DNA from: Camelus dromedarius
Lineage: Eukaryota
DNA length: 64,000 nt
Reading direction: 5' to 3'
Assembly: GCF_036321535.1 (NCBI RefSeq)
Contig: NC_087437.1
Coordinates: forward strand, 95,978,001-96,042,000
The position numbers and the translations under genes are program-made. Below the pieces are notes generated by a model. That model saw nothing but the letters and a program-made list of their open reading frames with translations, made no database searches and was not told the origin of the DNA. Shown piece after piece: positions 24,385-36,472 of this stretch. Position 1 is the stretch's first letter. Every line of letters starts with the position of its first letter.

Positions 24385-25850
24385 CTGGCTTTTGGTTTCA
24401 TTAATTTTCTCTAATTGTTTACCTAATTTGACATTCTTTTTTTCATTCTTGTCATTTTAAGTTTTATGTTTTTATTTATGCAGGATTAATTTGCTTTCCT
24501 TTTATACTTCTTGAGATAGAAGCTTAGAACATTGATATTGGCATTTCCCCCTTCTAATAAAGCATTTACAAATTTATCCTAAGCACTTCTTTAGCTATAT
24601 CCCACAAATTTTGATATACTATGCTTTTAATACTATTCAGGATAAAATATTTTCTAATCTCTCTTGAGTTCTTATCTTACTAATGAAGTTTACAGAACTG
24701 AAATGCTTAATTTCCAAATATATTGGCAATTTTTATATATGTTTTTATAATATATATCTCTAATTTAATATTTTGATGTTATCATAAGTATAATTTTAAG
24801 TTTTATTTTCCAGATTTTCATTGCTAGAATATAAAAACCCAGTTGAACTTGATATATTGTTGTTTATTCCAGTGATTTTGCTAAACTGAAATACTTGTTC
24901 TAGTAGTCTATGATTCCTATACAGTAAACTACACATACTTCAGATGTACAATTTGATGAATTTTGATAGTTGTATACACCAATGAAACCACCACCACAAT
25001 CAAGACAGTTACTATTTCCATCACTCCCCAAGAAGTGCAAATTTCAAACTTACATTTCTTAGTATTTTCTGTGTTCGTATCATGTTTTCTGCAAAGAAAG
25101 ACAGTTTTACTCCATTCTTTCCAGTTTGTATTCCTCTTAGGTGTCATAGAACACATTCGGTATAATTTCCACCTTTTAAAATCTTCCACCCTTTTAAATG
25201 TGGTGTGTCTTATGGCCTCATACATATCTATTATGGTGAATATTTCATGCACACTTGAAAAGGACATGTATTTTGTCGTTGCTGAATGGGGTGTTTTCTA
25301 AATGTCAATTAGATCATGTTAGGTAATAATGTCCACATCTTCTAGATTCTTTCTGATTTTTTTTTCTGCTTGTTCTGTCAATTACAGAAAGAAGAGAGCT
25401 GTAGCCTCCAACTCTAACTGGGGAAGTGTCTGTTTCTCCTTTCAGGTATGTCCAGTTTTACCTCAAGTACTTTTAAGCAGTTCTACCATGCATATACTCT
25501 TTAGGATTGTCATGTTTTACATATACACATTTTTTTTAATTGAAGTATAGTTATAGTTAGTTTACAATGTTGCATCAACTTCTGGTGTACAGCATAATGC
25601 TTCAGCCATACTTGAACATACATATAAATTAACCTTTTTATTTTTTATAAAATGTCTGCTTATCCCTGATTACACCGCTTTCCCTAAATTTGATTTTGTC
25701 TGATATTCACACAGTCAACTCAGCTCTCTTATGTTTTGTATTTGCATGGTTTCATTTTTTTCTATCCTTTTACTCTTAACTTACTATGTGTTTGAATTTA
25801 AAGTGTATTTTTCCTTAATGAACACAGATTTATGCTGTTTTTTAATGTCT
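24385..25850 (-). mobile_element. Old L1 ORF2 endonuclease-region fragment, antisense, with nested L1 pieces
   Basis: CTTTTGGTTTCATTAATTTTCTCT, TTTAGCTATATCCCACAAATTTTGATAT and GCACACTTGAAAAGGACATGTATT. Interrupted at about 24790-25135 and 25530-25625. Confidence 0.85.
25530..25625 (-). mobile_element. Short 5'-truncated young L1 3' end
   Basis: TTTTTTTTAATTGAAGTATAGTT...TTCTGGTGTACAGCATAATGCTTCAG, the reverse complement of the element type at 1-110. Confidence 0.8.
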
Positions 25851-27282
25851 GAAAAGAGCTGTTTCATACATTTTGCCCTGTTTTCTGTTTGTTTCCATTG
25901 GGGTGATATGTCCAGTGCCATTATTTCCTCATGGCAGAATTTCTTCTATACATTTTTGTCCTGTGGTTCGTTGTGTGCGTGGCATTTAGTCTATACGCAT
26001 TGTCACCTTCATGTTAATGACCACCAGACATACACTTTTCTTATTCTTGGCAATGCCTCTTTACACATTGAATAAAACCATTTGCATTCTGTTTTGTGAT
26101 TCGAGGTAAAATGACTACTGCCAGTATAGAAATGGCATTTATCATCACAACGCATTTATAAAAACCTCTCGGGACTAAAATACGTATCTATCTACATACT
26201 TCAAAATATGAACCATAGTGGGGATGAAAATCTCAGTTCCTCCATCCATGAAATACAAGCAAAGAAAGCAGAGTATTTCTTAAATAAATGACACATACCT
26301 CCAACACTGAATTATAAGTTGATGATCAAAAATTGCTGGCACCTAATTCCAAATGAAAAACTAAATAATTAAGTATACACTTAAATGTTAAACATTAATT
26401 TCTTTTCATGTCTGATATTCAGATGTACAGAATGAAGTCTCAGTTATATTAATAATTTGGTGGAACTTATATTAAAAAGCTTGTGGTAAAATTTTTATTA
26501 AGAGGAGTAATATAATCACATACAATTTATGGCTTAAAATGTTTCATATCACTATAATTGGATGTGTCAAATTTTATTTAAGCCTGATAGTATGGTTTCT
26601 GTATTTTATAATTCTTTTTGAACTGAGCTACTAAATTTATTCTATAAAGATTACTTTTTTCCAAATTTGTGCCTTAAACATTACTAAACTATATTTTCTC
26701 GATTTTAACAAAAGTTCTTAATGAGTGAATCTCTAAATGTTAGAAAAGTCTACTGATTTGTCATTCCTTTCATCTTTACATATTGATAACATACTCCCTT
26801 AATTACCATTTGTGTAGTGTCTACAACATTTTTTTAGTAGAAGTTGATTTCTTTCCACCCTGAGACTGATTTCTAGGTTACTTTACACAACATTGGTTGG
26901 CAACACACATAAACGTCCAGGTAGATATAGATCATTATTTTAAATTCAACCTATTATATCCCACCAAACTTTCACTGCATACAGTTATTATTACAAAATT
27001 TACCTGTTGTGGATTATCTACTATCATCAACAAAGAGAATGTGATATACAAAAAAAATAGGTAATCATACCTCAATTTCAGCCACAAAGAACAGTTTTTG
27101 TATAGAATTTAATGTGGTCTTCATAGAGAGAAATTTAACTGATGAAATAGTCAAGTTCTATGAAACCTAGAATTTCTTACATAAATGTATCTGTATTTTA
27201 CCTAGCGCCTATAATTTTATGGGAAAATGAACTGGGTGTGTGGAAACAGATCAGAATTGTTGGGTGAAGGGAATTTTTAAGC

Positions 27283-27960
27283 AATATTTTTTATTTTGAA
27301 ATATTGTAAGCTAGAGAAAGGCTTAAACATTACTATTATTTTAATAAATATCACCTACAAATTCAAATTTTTTCCATACTCATATTAAATTTTTTACTGA
27401 ATAAAATTCTGGAGATAAGCTGAATTCTTTTATGTACCCCTAATGAACACCATTCCATTTCCCTCTTCCTCCCAAGAGGTAAACACTCCCTTGACTTGCT
27501 ATTTGTCATTTCCAAGCATATTTTCTAATACTAGACAACATATACATGTATGAATCAACATGTATATATTCTTTGGGTCATATTTTTAAAGTTCTATAAA
27601 TAGTATTATACATATTCACAATTCTATAACTTGCTTTTTTTCTTAAGTAGATATTTATGATTTATGTAGCTTTGATTTATTAATTTAACTGCTATATACT
27701 ATTCCAATTATATGACTCTAAAACAACAGATTCATCAATTCTCCTATTGCTGGACATTCTTGTGATTTCCAGCTTTTCACCATTATAGAAAATGCTAAAA
27801 TGAACATTCTTGTGAGGCCCTTCTTTCAAGTATATCTGAAAGTGCAGTGCTGAGCGAGGTTATGTCCATTTTCAATATTTCTAAAAATAACCAAAGGAAT
27901 TATGCAAATTTACAAGACCACTAGCAGTGAAGAAAGGTCAATAGAATATTTTTATAGATT
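27283..27960 (-). mobile_element. Ancient L1ME 3' region
   Basis: TTCTATAACTTGCTTTTTT, TTAACTGCTATATACTATTCCA and TCTCCTATTGCTGGACATT...AATGCTAAAATGAACATTCTTGT. Confidence 0.7.
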
Positions 27961-29239
27961 GATTTTAATGGAAATCAAAAATCAAATTAATACTTTAGTC
28001 ATATTTTGTTTATTATTTACAGGGACTCAAATGACATTTCTATATAAGTATTTCAGTAAATTTAAGTATTTAAGAGTGTTTCAGGAAAACTTTGACATGA
28101 TCTTATGGTACATGTTATTATAGCACCTGAATCTTAGTTATTAGCAGTTAATTATTGGTCATATGTTCAGAACTCTCCTTGATTCAATAATCATTGTTTA
28201 ACCATTCAAATAAGGTGTTAGAACCCTTTTCTCCTGGCTATCTTGTTTCTATTTCTTCCATAACAGTCTCAATAATAAACATTTTTCCTGAGACTACTAC
28301 CCACACTAAAAGTACCCTCATATCACTTTAATTTTTCATGATAACTTCTGAAAGCACCGAGTGGAAAGTTTCATACTGCTGAGCACAACCTGCTGACTTC
28401 CCAGTGTCATGCTACATTTCCTTCACACCAGGCTACTCACTTGATTTGTGTTTCTTGTAATCTCAGGTTGCTCCTGTGCCATCTCTCGTCTCCTGAGATG
28501 GATGCTGTCTTCTCTTTCCACATCACCTTCCCCATGAATTCCATGTGCAGCAAAAGAAAAAAAAAAAAGATTAGAGGGACCCCTGAGGACTTTATTCCTT
28601 ATTATGATCCAATCATTTGCTGCAGTGACAAATAATTTATCAATATTATACAGGTCCTCTCCTGATCTGATTGATCAATCATTCCCAACTTAGACATTTT
28701 AACTACAAGGGAGATAAATATTGAAAAGATTTGATCTTGCACCAGACATCTGAATGCATTTTCTTGGGTGTATTATTGTCTTAACATTATAATGGCTAAG
28801 AAATTGAATACATTATTTATATTAGCATAATTTCAATTCAATACTTTGAAAGAGATTTTAGATTCCTAAATATGTAAGCATGCAAGGACCACTGAAACTC
28901 GTTACACCAGCAAGATGACTCACTGTTATCATTCTTTGTGATCCACACACTTGTCTACATTATGTACATTAGTCCACAAAGAATTCACTCAACAAACTTT
29001 CATAAGCTGGTGGACTATACCATCATCACATACTGAACAATGTAGCAAGTCATTATGATAATGATCTGATTGAAAAAAAGCGAATAGACATTCTTAAAAT
29101 GTCTTTTCCACAACTATGTTGTGTGGATGTTTCTTATGTTTCCAGATAAATAATATTTTGTATTTCAGAAAATTAAACTCTTAACCACTATGTAATGCAG
29201 TTTATGGTTTTGAGTTGTGCTCTGGAGCCTGATTGCCTG

Positions 29240-29705
29240 AAAGAAATTTTGTCAATACCTAACAAAACTACATATGGTGCAATTATCTTTTTACCCAGAA
29301 ACCCCACTTCTAAGAATCTACCCTAAAGGTAAGGCTCAAACAATATGGAAATGAACATATACACATGGTTGTTCATTCCAGCAATGTTTATAGTTACAAA
29401 ATACTGGGAACTATCTCAAAACTCACATATGGGAGAATGGTTGAGTAAGTTATGGTACAGTCACAGAATGGAGTACAATACAAACGTTCTTTGTGAAATG
29501 ATGGAGGAAATTTCCATGATATATTGTTAAGTGAGAAAAGCAAATTGCAAAAGAACAGCCTACCCTTCTTGTAAGAAAGAAAGAATGTAAGAAAATACAT
29601 TTATCTACTTATTTGTGCAGAATAAATGCAGAAAGAACAAAAATAGAAACTCAAGAAATTTGTTACCTATAAGAGTTGGCTGAGAAAGGGATGGAATGCA
29701 GGAAA
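29240..29705 (+). mobile_element. L1MC/L1ME ORF2 end and 3' UTR fragment
   Basis: ACCCAGAAACCCCACTTCTAAGAATCTACCCT, GCAATGTTTATAGTTACAAAATACTGG and AGAATGGTTGAGTAAGTTATGGTAC. Confidence 0.8.
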
Positions 29706-29711
29706 TTCTCT

Positions 29712-29893
29712 CTCTGTCTCTTTCTTATACAGATGCATGTGATAGCATTTGGACATATCCACATAATCCAGGATACTCTCTTCATCTCAAACCCAGAATA
29801 TAATCATGTTTTGATCTATGTAAGGTCACATTTATAGGTTCCAGAAATTAGGACATGGATACCTTTTGGGGGGCCATTTTTCAGATTCCCATA
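29712..29893 (-). mobile_element. MLT1 (B/C-like) LTR fragment
   Basis: ATAATCCAGGAT...GTAAGGTCACATTTATAGGTTCCAGAAATTAGGACATGGATACCTTTTGGGGGCCATT. Confidence 0.8.
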
Positions 29894-29894
29894 A

Positions 29895-30700
29895 TATTCA
29901 TGAGTCCATACCAATGTAAATAATTACATAAATTGAGAAGGGGCAGACTTTCATTAAAGACAAATTCAAATTTTACAAAATATAAAAGAAATGAAGGAAA
30001 TAGAAAATCACCATAGGCAAACACTACAGTAATAACTGTTGCAGAAAATAAATTCCACTAATATATGCTTACATCAGGGGGCAAAAGTTTGAAGAAAAAG
30101 AGATATTTGCATAGTCTCAAAGTATTTCTCTGAAGTATCTGCCTTATCAATTACAAAGTAAAACATAATAATTTTATGTGAGAAACTTAGCAGACACCAC
30201 TATAACCAAGAGATCAATGACTAGACATACCAACACTACCTGCCCTCAGGATAGATGCCCCAAAAAAGAGACAATAACATTTTTGTGGTATTCTTGCCAA
30301 AATGCATAACCTCAATCTAATCATGAGCAAATATCAGACAAACCCAAATTGAAAGACATGCTAAAAAATAACTGGCCAGTCTTTATCCAAATACCAAGGT
30401 TATGAAACACAAGGAGTGACTGAAGAACTGTCTCAGATTGGAGGAGACTTAAGAGTCAAAATCAATGCAATGTGAGATCCTAAATTGTTTCCTGGAACAT
30501 AGGACAATAATAGTGAAAAAACTGGTGAAACTGGAACATGACCTGTAGTTTAGTTAATAGTATTGTACTAATATTAATTTCCTCATTTTGATAATTATAT
30601 AACGGCTCTGTAATTTTTTAATGTCAGAGGAAAGGTATATGTGAATGCTCTGCACTAACTTTGCAGTATTTCTTTAATTCTAAAATTATTGGAAAATAGC
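29895..30700 (+). mobile_element. L1MC4-like 3' UTR
   Basis: GATATTTGCATAGTCTCAAAGTAT, TTCTTGCCAAAATGCATAACCTCAATCTAATCATGAG...CAGACAAACCCAAATTGA and GTTAATAGTATTGTAC. Confidence 0.85.
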
Positions 30701-30702
30701 AA

Positions 30703-30832
30703 GTAAAAAGAATGAAAGGAAAGGAAAAGGAAGAGAAGGGAAGGGAGGAAGGAAGACAGGAAGGAGGAAGGGAGAAAGGACAGAAGGAAGATTAAAAGGA
30801 GGGATGGATGGATGGAAGGGAGGAAGGAAGAC
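30703..30832. repeat. GA-rich low-complexity (polypurine) tract
   Basis: GGAA/GGAG/GGAT-rich run following the L1 tail. A further (GGAT)n lies at about 30999-31018. Confidence 0.9.
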
Positions 30833-31526
30833 AATTTCCCTCTTAAGTAAATACATTTCAGTGGGCCCAACTGCTGGACCTAAGACATGCCCAATGGACT
30901 CAACTTCTGGCTGGTCAGCCATGTTGATATAGGTTTGCTCTTCAATGTGCTACACTTTAACAAAGGACCCATCATCATCCTACTCATTAAGTAAATAAAT
31001 GGATGGATGGATGGATGGAAAAATAAACAAATAACAAGCAAGGAAACAAACTGTTCTTGTTGCCAGGCAACGTCTAAAACAGAAATCCTCACTTCTTTGC
31101 TGAATCCATTTTATGCCTGAACTGTTGTTTTTAACAAACTCTTATTTGAACATGATTTGAATTATGGGTGAAATGCCCTTAGAGACATTTCTAATTAATT
31201 TATAATAATGATCTTATTATTTTATTTTTCTGATTACCAAAGTAATACGTATATGATTTCTTAAATAATTTTTTAAAAGAAATACGTGAATAGAAATGGA
31301 CTGTCTTTACCAGAGTCAGCCACAAGAAAGGTCAGATGTGTGTTTCTTGCATCTTCTGGTAACCAAAAACCATAATACTACATTTTGCTCCAAAATCTTC
31401 CCTGTCTCAAATTGGTCACATCTCAATATTGTCTTGTCAAAGTGTCCTGCTTCAGCCCAGATCACATGTTTCTAATCATGTATTATTGTTACAGTTATTT
31501 GGGGAATCTTCCAAGGGACAAGTGGA

Positions 31527-32042
31527 TGTTGACGAGTCCAAACTTGTTCTCCTCACCACACAACAAGCCAGTAAATTGGGAGATGAGGTGTTGGGGCAAG
31601 GAATAACAACTTCATTTAGAAAGGCAGCAGATAGAGAAGATGGGAGGAATCATGCCCTGAAGAACCATCTTACCTAAGTCAGAATTCAGGCTCCTTTTAT
31701 ACTAAAAAGGGGAAATGGTTTGTTTGTTGCAAACTTCTTGGTGTTGGAATTCTTTATTCTTATAGTGTCCACATAGTTCAGGTCACAGTATTCCTGTAAA
31801 CCTCCAACAAGAAAAATGTTATTCTCTGTGTTGCAGCTTTTTACTTCTATATGAATGGTAAAGTTTTATACCCTTGGAGGTCAGAGCCTTCAGAACGGGC
31901 TCTCCTGTATATTTCAGGCTACAGGCAAACTTCTTGTACAAAAGGTGCAGAACCAGCAAGACTAAGCCCAGGAAACAGAGCCCAGGGTTAGAGCTAAAGG
32001 AACAGATCTAATACGGAGTCAGATTTGTTCTTCCTTATTTCA
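31527..32042 (-). mobile_element. ERV1-type solo LTR, 516 bp, artiodactyl-type family
   Basis: TG...CA termini with a perfect 4-bp TSD TGGA at 31523-31526 and 32043-32046. Minus strand begins TGAAATAAGGAAGAACAAATCTGACTCC. Minus-strand TATAAAA at about 31695-31701. Confidence 0.9.
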
Positions 32043-32934
32043 TGGAGGCAGAGGTTTCCTGTGCTAAATTCTGTGTCTCTACTCCTGTATGCCATGGTGC
32101 TGTAAGGTGCCATCTACAAGGAACCTTGCTGACTTTCAAGCACATACACTTTCTTCATTGTCACCAACCACCTGCAACTCCTAGACCCTCAGGAAAGAAA
32201 TGAAGCTTTTGACATAGAGAAAAATCCCCTCACGTTTATCTCTGGGTGTCAACTCACCAGGTGGTAAAAATTGGAGAAATTGTTCTGGACTCTTCAGGTC
32301 TCAGACACTGACTGGGTTGTCTTTATGGACTGAAAGGGAAGTAATACTAGGAAAAGATGCAAGACTTTGATACAAAAGATCCATCTAAGTGGCAGTTGCG
32401 TTTCCTTGGGGCCCAGGAACCCTATGATGGACACGTGGGCTTTAACTGCATATTCTCCTAGATAGATGCCAGACCAAAGTCTACAGAACCATCTGGTTAC
32501 TGTCCCTTAATTTGAATGCAATCTTTGAAAATATTTCAATCTACTTTGCGTATTCAAAATCCTTCTGGCTGGTATTCTTTCCAAGAAGCAAAACGACAGA
32601 GTTACTGCATCAGTTCAAAGGAACACTCTTTTGTAGTGAGTTAATTTAACAACACTTAAATACTGAATTCTTGTGATGCATAACTTACACCATGATTTCA
32701 AGGAACTTGTTTTAAAGTCCTGAGGACTTACAAAATGACCTCCTAAAAAGCATTATAGGAATATAGCCTTTTTTTTTTTCACCAAGGGCAAACTTGGTGA
32801 AAGATGTTTTCCAGCATATATTTTAGTGATACACTAAGAGCACATCCTAGGCATCCTCTACTAAAGTGTAAAATGAAATCAGTTTGTTGGAATCTTTTTA
32901 TAACGTTTTGAAATTAAGTATCTACCTGATCCAG

Positions 32935-33070
32935 TCAGCTGTAAGCTAGACGCTTTACATTTACTGCCTTGTTTAATTCCATAGTGGTGCTGAATTGTCT
33001 GAAGGTTAAAGATTTGTTCAAGGTCATACAGCTAGTCAGAGGCAGAACCAGCTCTTTTACTACAAAATCT
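32935..33070 (-). mobile_element. MIR SINE fragment
   Basis: AGGTTAAAGATTTGTTCAAGGTCATACAGCTAGTCAGAGGCAGAACCAG. Confidence 0.75.
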
Positions 33071-34699
33071 CTTCTCTTTCTCTTTCCCTTGCCCACTATC
33101 TTCCATCATCACCTACGCTGCGCTCATTGTAGTTGGTATGTTTTTCAAGTAGAAAAATGCAAACAAAAGACAGGTAAATGAGATTATGTCCATGCAAAGA
33201 ATATCCAGTTTCTCCTTCTTCAGTCCAGTTTCTACAAAAAAACTAGAGTGAACTCTGCGCCATTCCTGAGTGTTGGTCAGTGTTGGCAGTTCCCTAAATC
33301 TCTCTCACGCTCTGCAGTCTTCCAGAGTCCAGAGGATGGGATGACAGAAGTTTCTATTGAAATCCAAGTGAGTCCTGTTGGTTGTGGCCTTGCCAATACA
33401 TACAAGATACAAGCAATGAAGGTAAGCTCATTTCTAAAGTGGATACAAACTGGCCTAATGTTTCATACAGTTAAAAGGAGGTAAAAGCAAAAAACAAAGA
33501 TCCATGCAAACTTAACCAAGGCATTAATCCTTTTGCTTTCAATGTATAGTAGCATTTCCCAAAAACTATGGATGGGGGGGATTATTGAATATTACACAGT
33601 TTGGTCATAATCAGATGCATTTGACTCTGCCTTAGTTTAGTGATATTCAATGCCCTTTTTTTTTAAGGACACCTGTGGTTAACTGCTTCTACCTTATGTT
33701 GCTTGGGTACATTTCCTTTAAACACAGGGTTTTATTCTAATAAATGTGCAGGTGGAACAATAAAAAGCCTGATATTGTGGTAAGTAAATACTTCCTGGGG
33801 AATAAGCTGTCCCCATCTTTGCAATGAATGTGTGCTTAAACAGAAAACTTCACTCAGTCGGTTTGTGGCATCTGGGTTATGTTAGTTCATTTAATGTGGG
33901 CATGCAGTTTACTGTCATGGGGGAGTTTATGCACCATATAACCAAATCATCCCTAAGAGTTATACCATTCCTTAAAATGAAATAAGTATATACAGTGTTT
34001 CCTAGCAGATCTTTCTGCGGTACATATAAATTTTCCATTTTGTTAGCCATTTCAAAGTGTGGGAGAAAAACCAGCAGCTGTACTTTTAAGGGTGGGTGCA
34101 CTTGAAATAAAGAGAAATTTAGATAGAATATGAGGAGAGGGAGCTGAACTAATGATTTAAAATTTATCAGAACATGATAGGAGTCCTCATTAACCACTCT
34201 GAGCTATTTGTAATAAATTAACTCGAGTAATTTTTGATTGTGTTATATTTCATCATGTTGCTCTAATTCCTGGCAAATCCATCTTGATTGTTTTGCTCTG
34301 CAAAGTGTTTTATTAATGTCCCTTTTAACATTCTCCACATTGCTAGTAGCAGCTTAGACTTATTAAAAATGATTACATTTCTACTTTTAGCTTTTTACAG
34401 AAATTTAACATTTGGATTCTAAGATGTCTCTGTCTAAATGTGCAACATTGATACCTTTATCTAATCTATCCCTTGGAGAAAATCAATCAGCTGAATTACA
34501 TTCCTCTTTACAGGAAAAATGTATTATTAAATTCACGAGACCCCACTGTGTTACAAGAAACCATGTATCATATCCATATCTCTTTGTATAGATATACCAT
34601 TTACAAGCAAACAAGCAGATAACAGACTGTGTAACTTAGAAAACACTTAATGTCTTTGCCTTACATCTTGTGGAATATGGCGTAATGAGAATGATATTA

Positions 34700-34920
34700 A
34701 CCTTAGCACAGAGATTTTAATTCAAATCTCAACTTCACCACTAACAAACTTTGTAATCTTGGACTTTATCTGTTTATTTATTTATTTAATCAATTTAAGC
34801 ATCAGATTCTTTACCTATGAAAATTATTAAGGTATAATATGCAGGATTGTCTGTAGATTTTAAAATGACAGAAAAATATTCAACACAGTGATTGGATCAT
34901 AATAGAGATTAAATAAGCCT
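34700..34920 (+). mobile_element. MIR SINE
   Basis: TTCAAATCTCAACTTCACCACTAACAAACTTTGTAATCTTGGAC...AAGCATCAGATTCTTTACCTATGAAA. Confidence 0.65.
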
Positions 34921-35289
34921 TATTTCCCGTTTTCTTCCCTTATTCTGGAGTGTTTAACCTACAGGTTTTCCATTGTGAATACATAGTAATGTTTTTACTT
35001 GATTTACTAATCAGCTAAATACACACAATTTGGCCAAATTACTTCAAAAAGTTATAAAGGCATTTTTGGAGAATAATTTAGAAAAATGTGATTTTAATTT
35101 TTCAAATCAGTTCCCAACATTTAGCCAATAATTACTGTGTATTATCAGGAATTAAATGAAGTAAAAAGAGCAAAATGATATATATACGTGTGTGTGTATA
35201 TATATATATATATATTATATATAAAAAAACTATTCAACGTATGTAATATTACTTATTGATATAGCTTATTTTTTAATTAAACAAAAAAT

Positions 35290-35780
35290 TTATGCACTTG
35301 AGAGTGAAAAAAAATACCACAAGAATTCTTACTGTAGTGTTTTTGTTAGTAGTGAAAACTTGAAAGTTATACACCTACACACACATACAGACATAGAGAA
35401 AAAAATGCATAGGAATTATTAGGGAGAGGAGGAAACAAGTTTTTCTCATAATATGTTGAGAATACAATCAATTTTTTGCTCCATTTTTGTTAACAGTTAA
35501 AAATGGAAAAACACATAGAAAATACATGTAGAAAATAAGTTAAGTTGCTCTTAATAACTTCTATGTGTGATAAGACCTCAAACCTTTCAATAGTCTGAAA
35601 CATACTGCTTTATTCTCATTAAGATGTCAATTCATCCAAATATGAACATGAACTAAAAACTGCTCTTAGAATGGGGAGGTGGATTCTGGGGGACTTTCCC
35701 TTCTATATTATATGTGTTTCTAATGTTTAGACTTTGTATTGCTTTTGTATTTTAGTATATATTAATATTATCTATAAGAA
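35290..35780 (+). mobile_element. Degraded L1ME 3' fragments
   Basis: CACAAGAATTCTTACTGTAGTGTTTTTGTTAGTAGTGAAAACTTGAAA and GGGGACTTTCCCTTCTATATTATATG. Confidence 0.45.
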
Positions 35781-36455
35781 AAAAAATGATTTTCTGAGTA
35801 AAAAGAATTTGAGAGCTTGTCCATTAAGGCAAAATAACCAAGGTAGTTTAACTCTATACCTCTTAGTTAATCTACTTTATAAAGTTGTGGAAATAATTTG
35901 AAATAATGCATGGGAAACCACTCTGCAATGCATAGTGCTGTCTCATAATTTGAAATCTGAAGATGGATTTGCTTTGAACTGTTGATAAGATTATCTTGCC
36001 CACCTCTAATTCCAGGTGGAAGACAGTACAGCAAATGGCTCTGACAGAGATAAGACACTGCCTTCTTAAGCAGCCAGGTTTAACTCCTTCAGAACACGTT
36101 CTCTTTATCAGTCAGAGGAAAAAATTCACACTTCAAAAAGAAAAGCTCCAGTAATCCAAAAAGCTCCTGCATACGATTACATTGCTGGATAAGTCCCACG
36201 TAATACTGGCTGTCTGCTTCTTTCTTTGTTTACTCAAATGCATTATTCTCTGTACGTTAGACACTTGCAGATATTCATAGTGATGATCTGGAGGACTGAG
36301 GACTGAAGCAAGACAGCCCGGTCCATATAGTTACCTGATTATCATAAAATTATCAAAAAAGCATGGCTAAACCGTGGAGGACTGTGTCAGAGCAGTTTGG
36401 CTGATTTACAGTGACTGTTCCCTTCTAGTTTTTCAGCAATGAGCGTGAAAAACTA

Positions 36456-36472
36456 GGACAGTAGGTGGCAGC
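36456..36472 (+). promoter_or_regulatory. Candidate CTCF-binding motif
   Basis: GGACAGTAGGTGGCAGC is close to the CTCF core CCA(C/G)(C/T)AG(G/A)(G/T)GGC(A/G). Motif match only. Confidence 0.45.

Noticed and set aside
24929..25301. Two opposite 112-aa ORFs
   Set aside because: A mosaic of nested L1 fragments. The peptides contain decayed L1 ORF2 text only.
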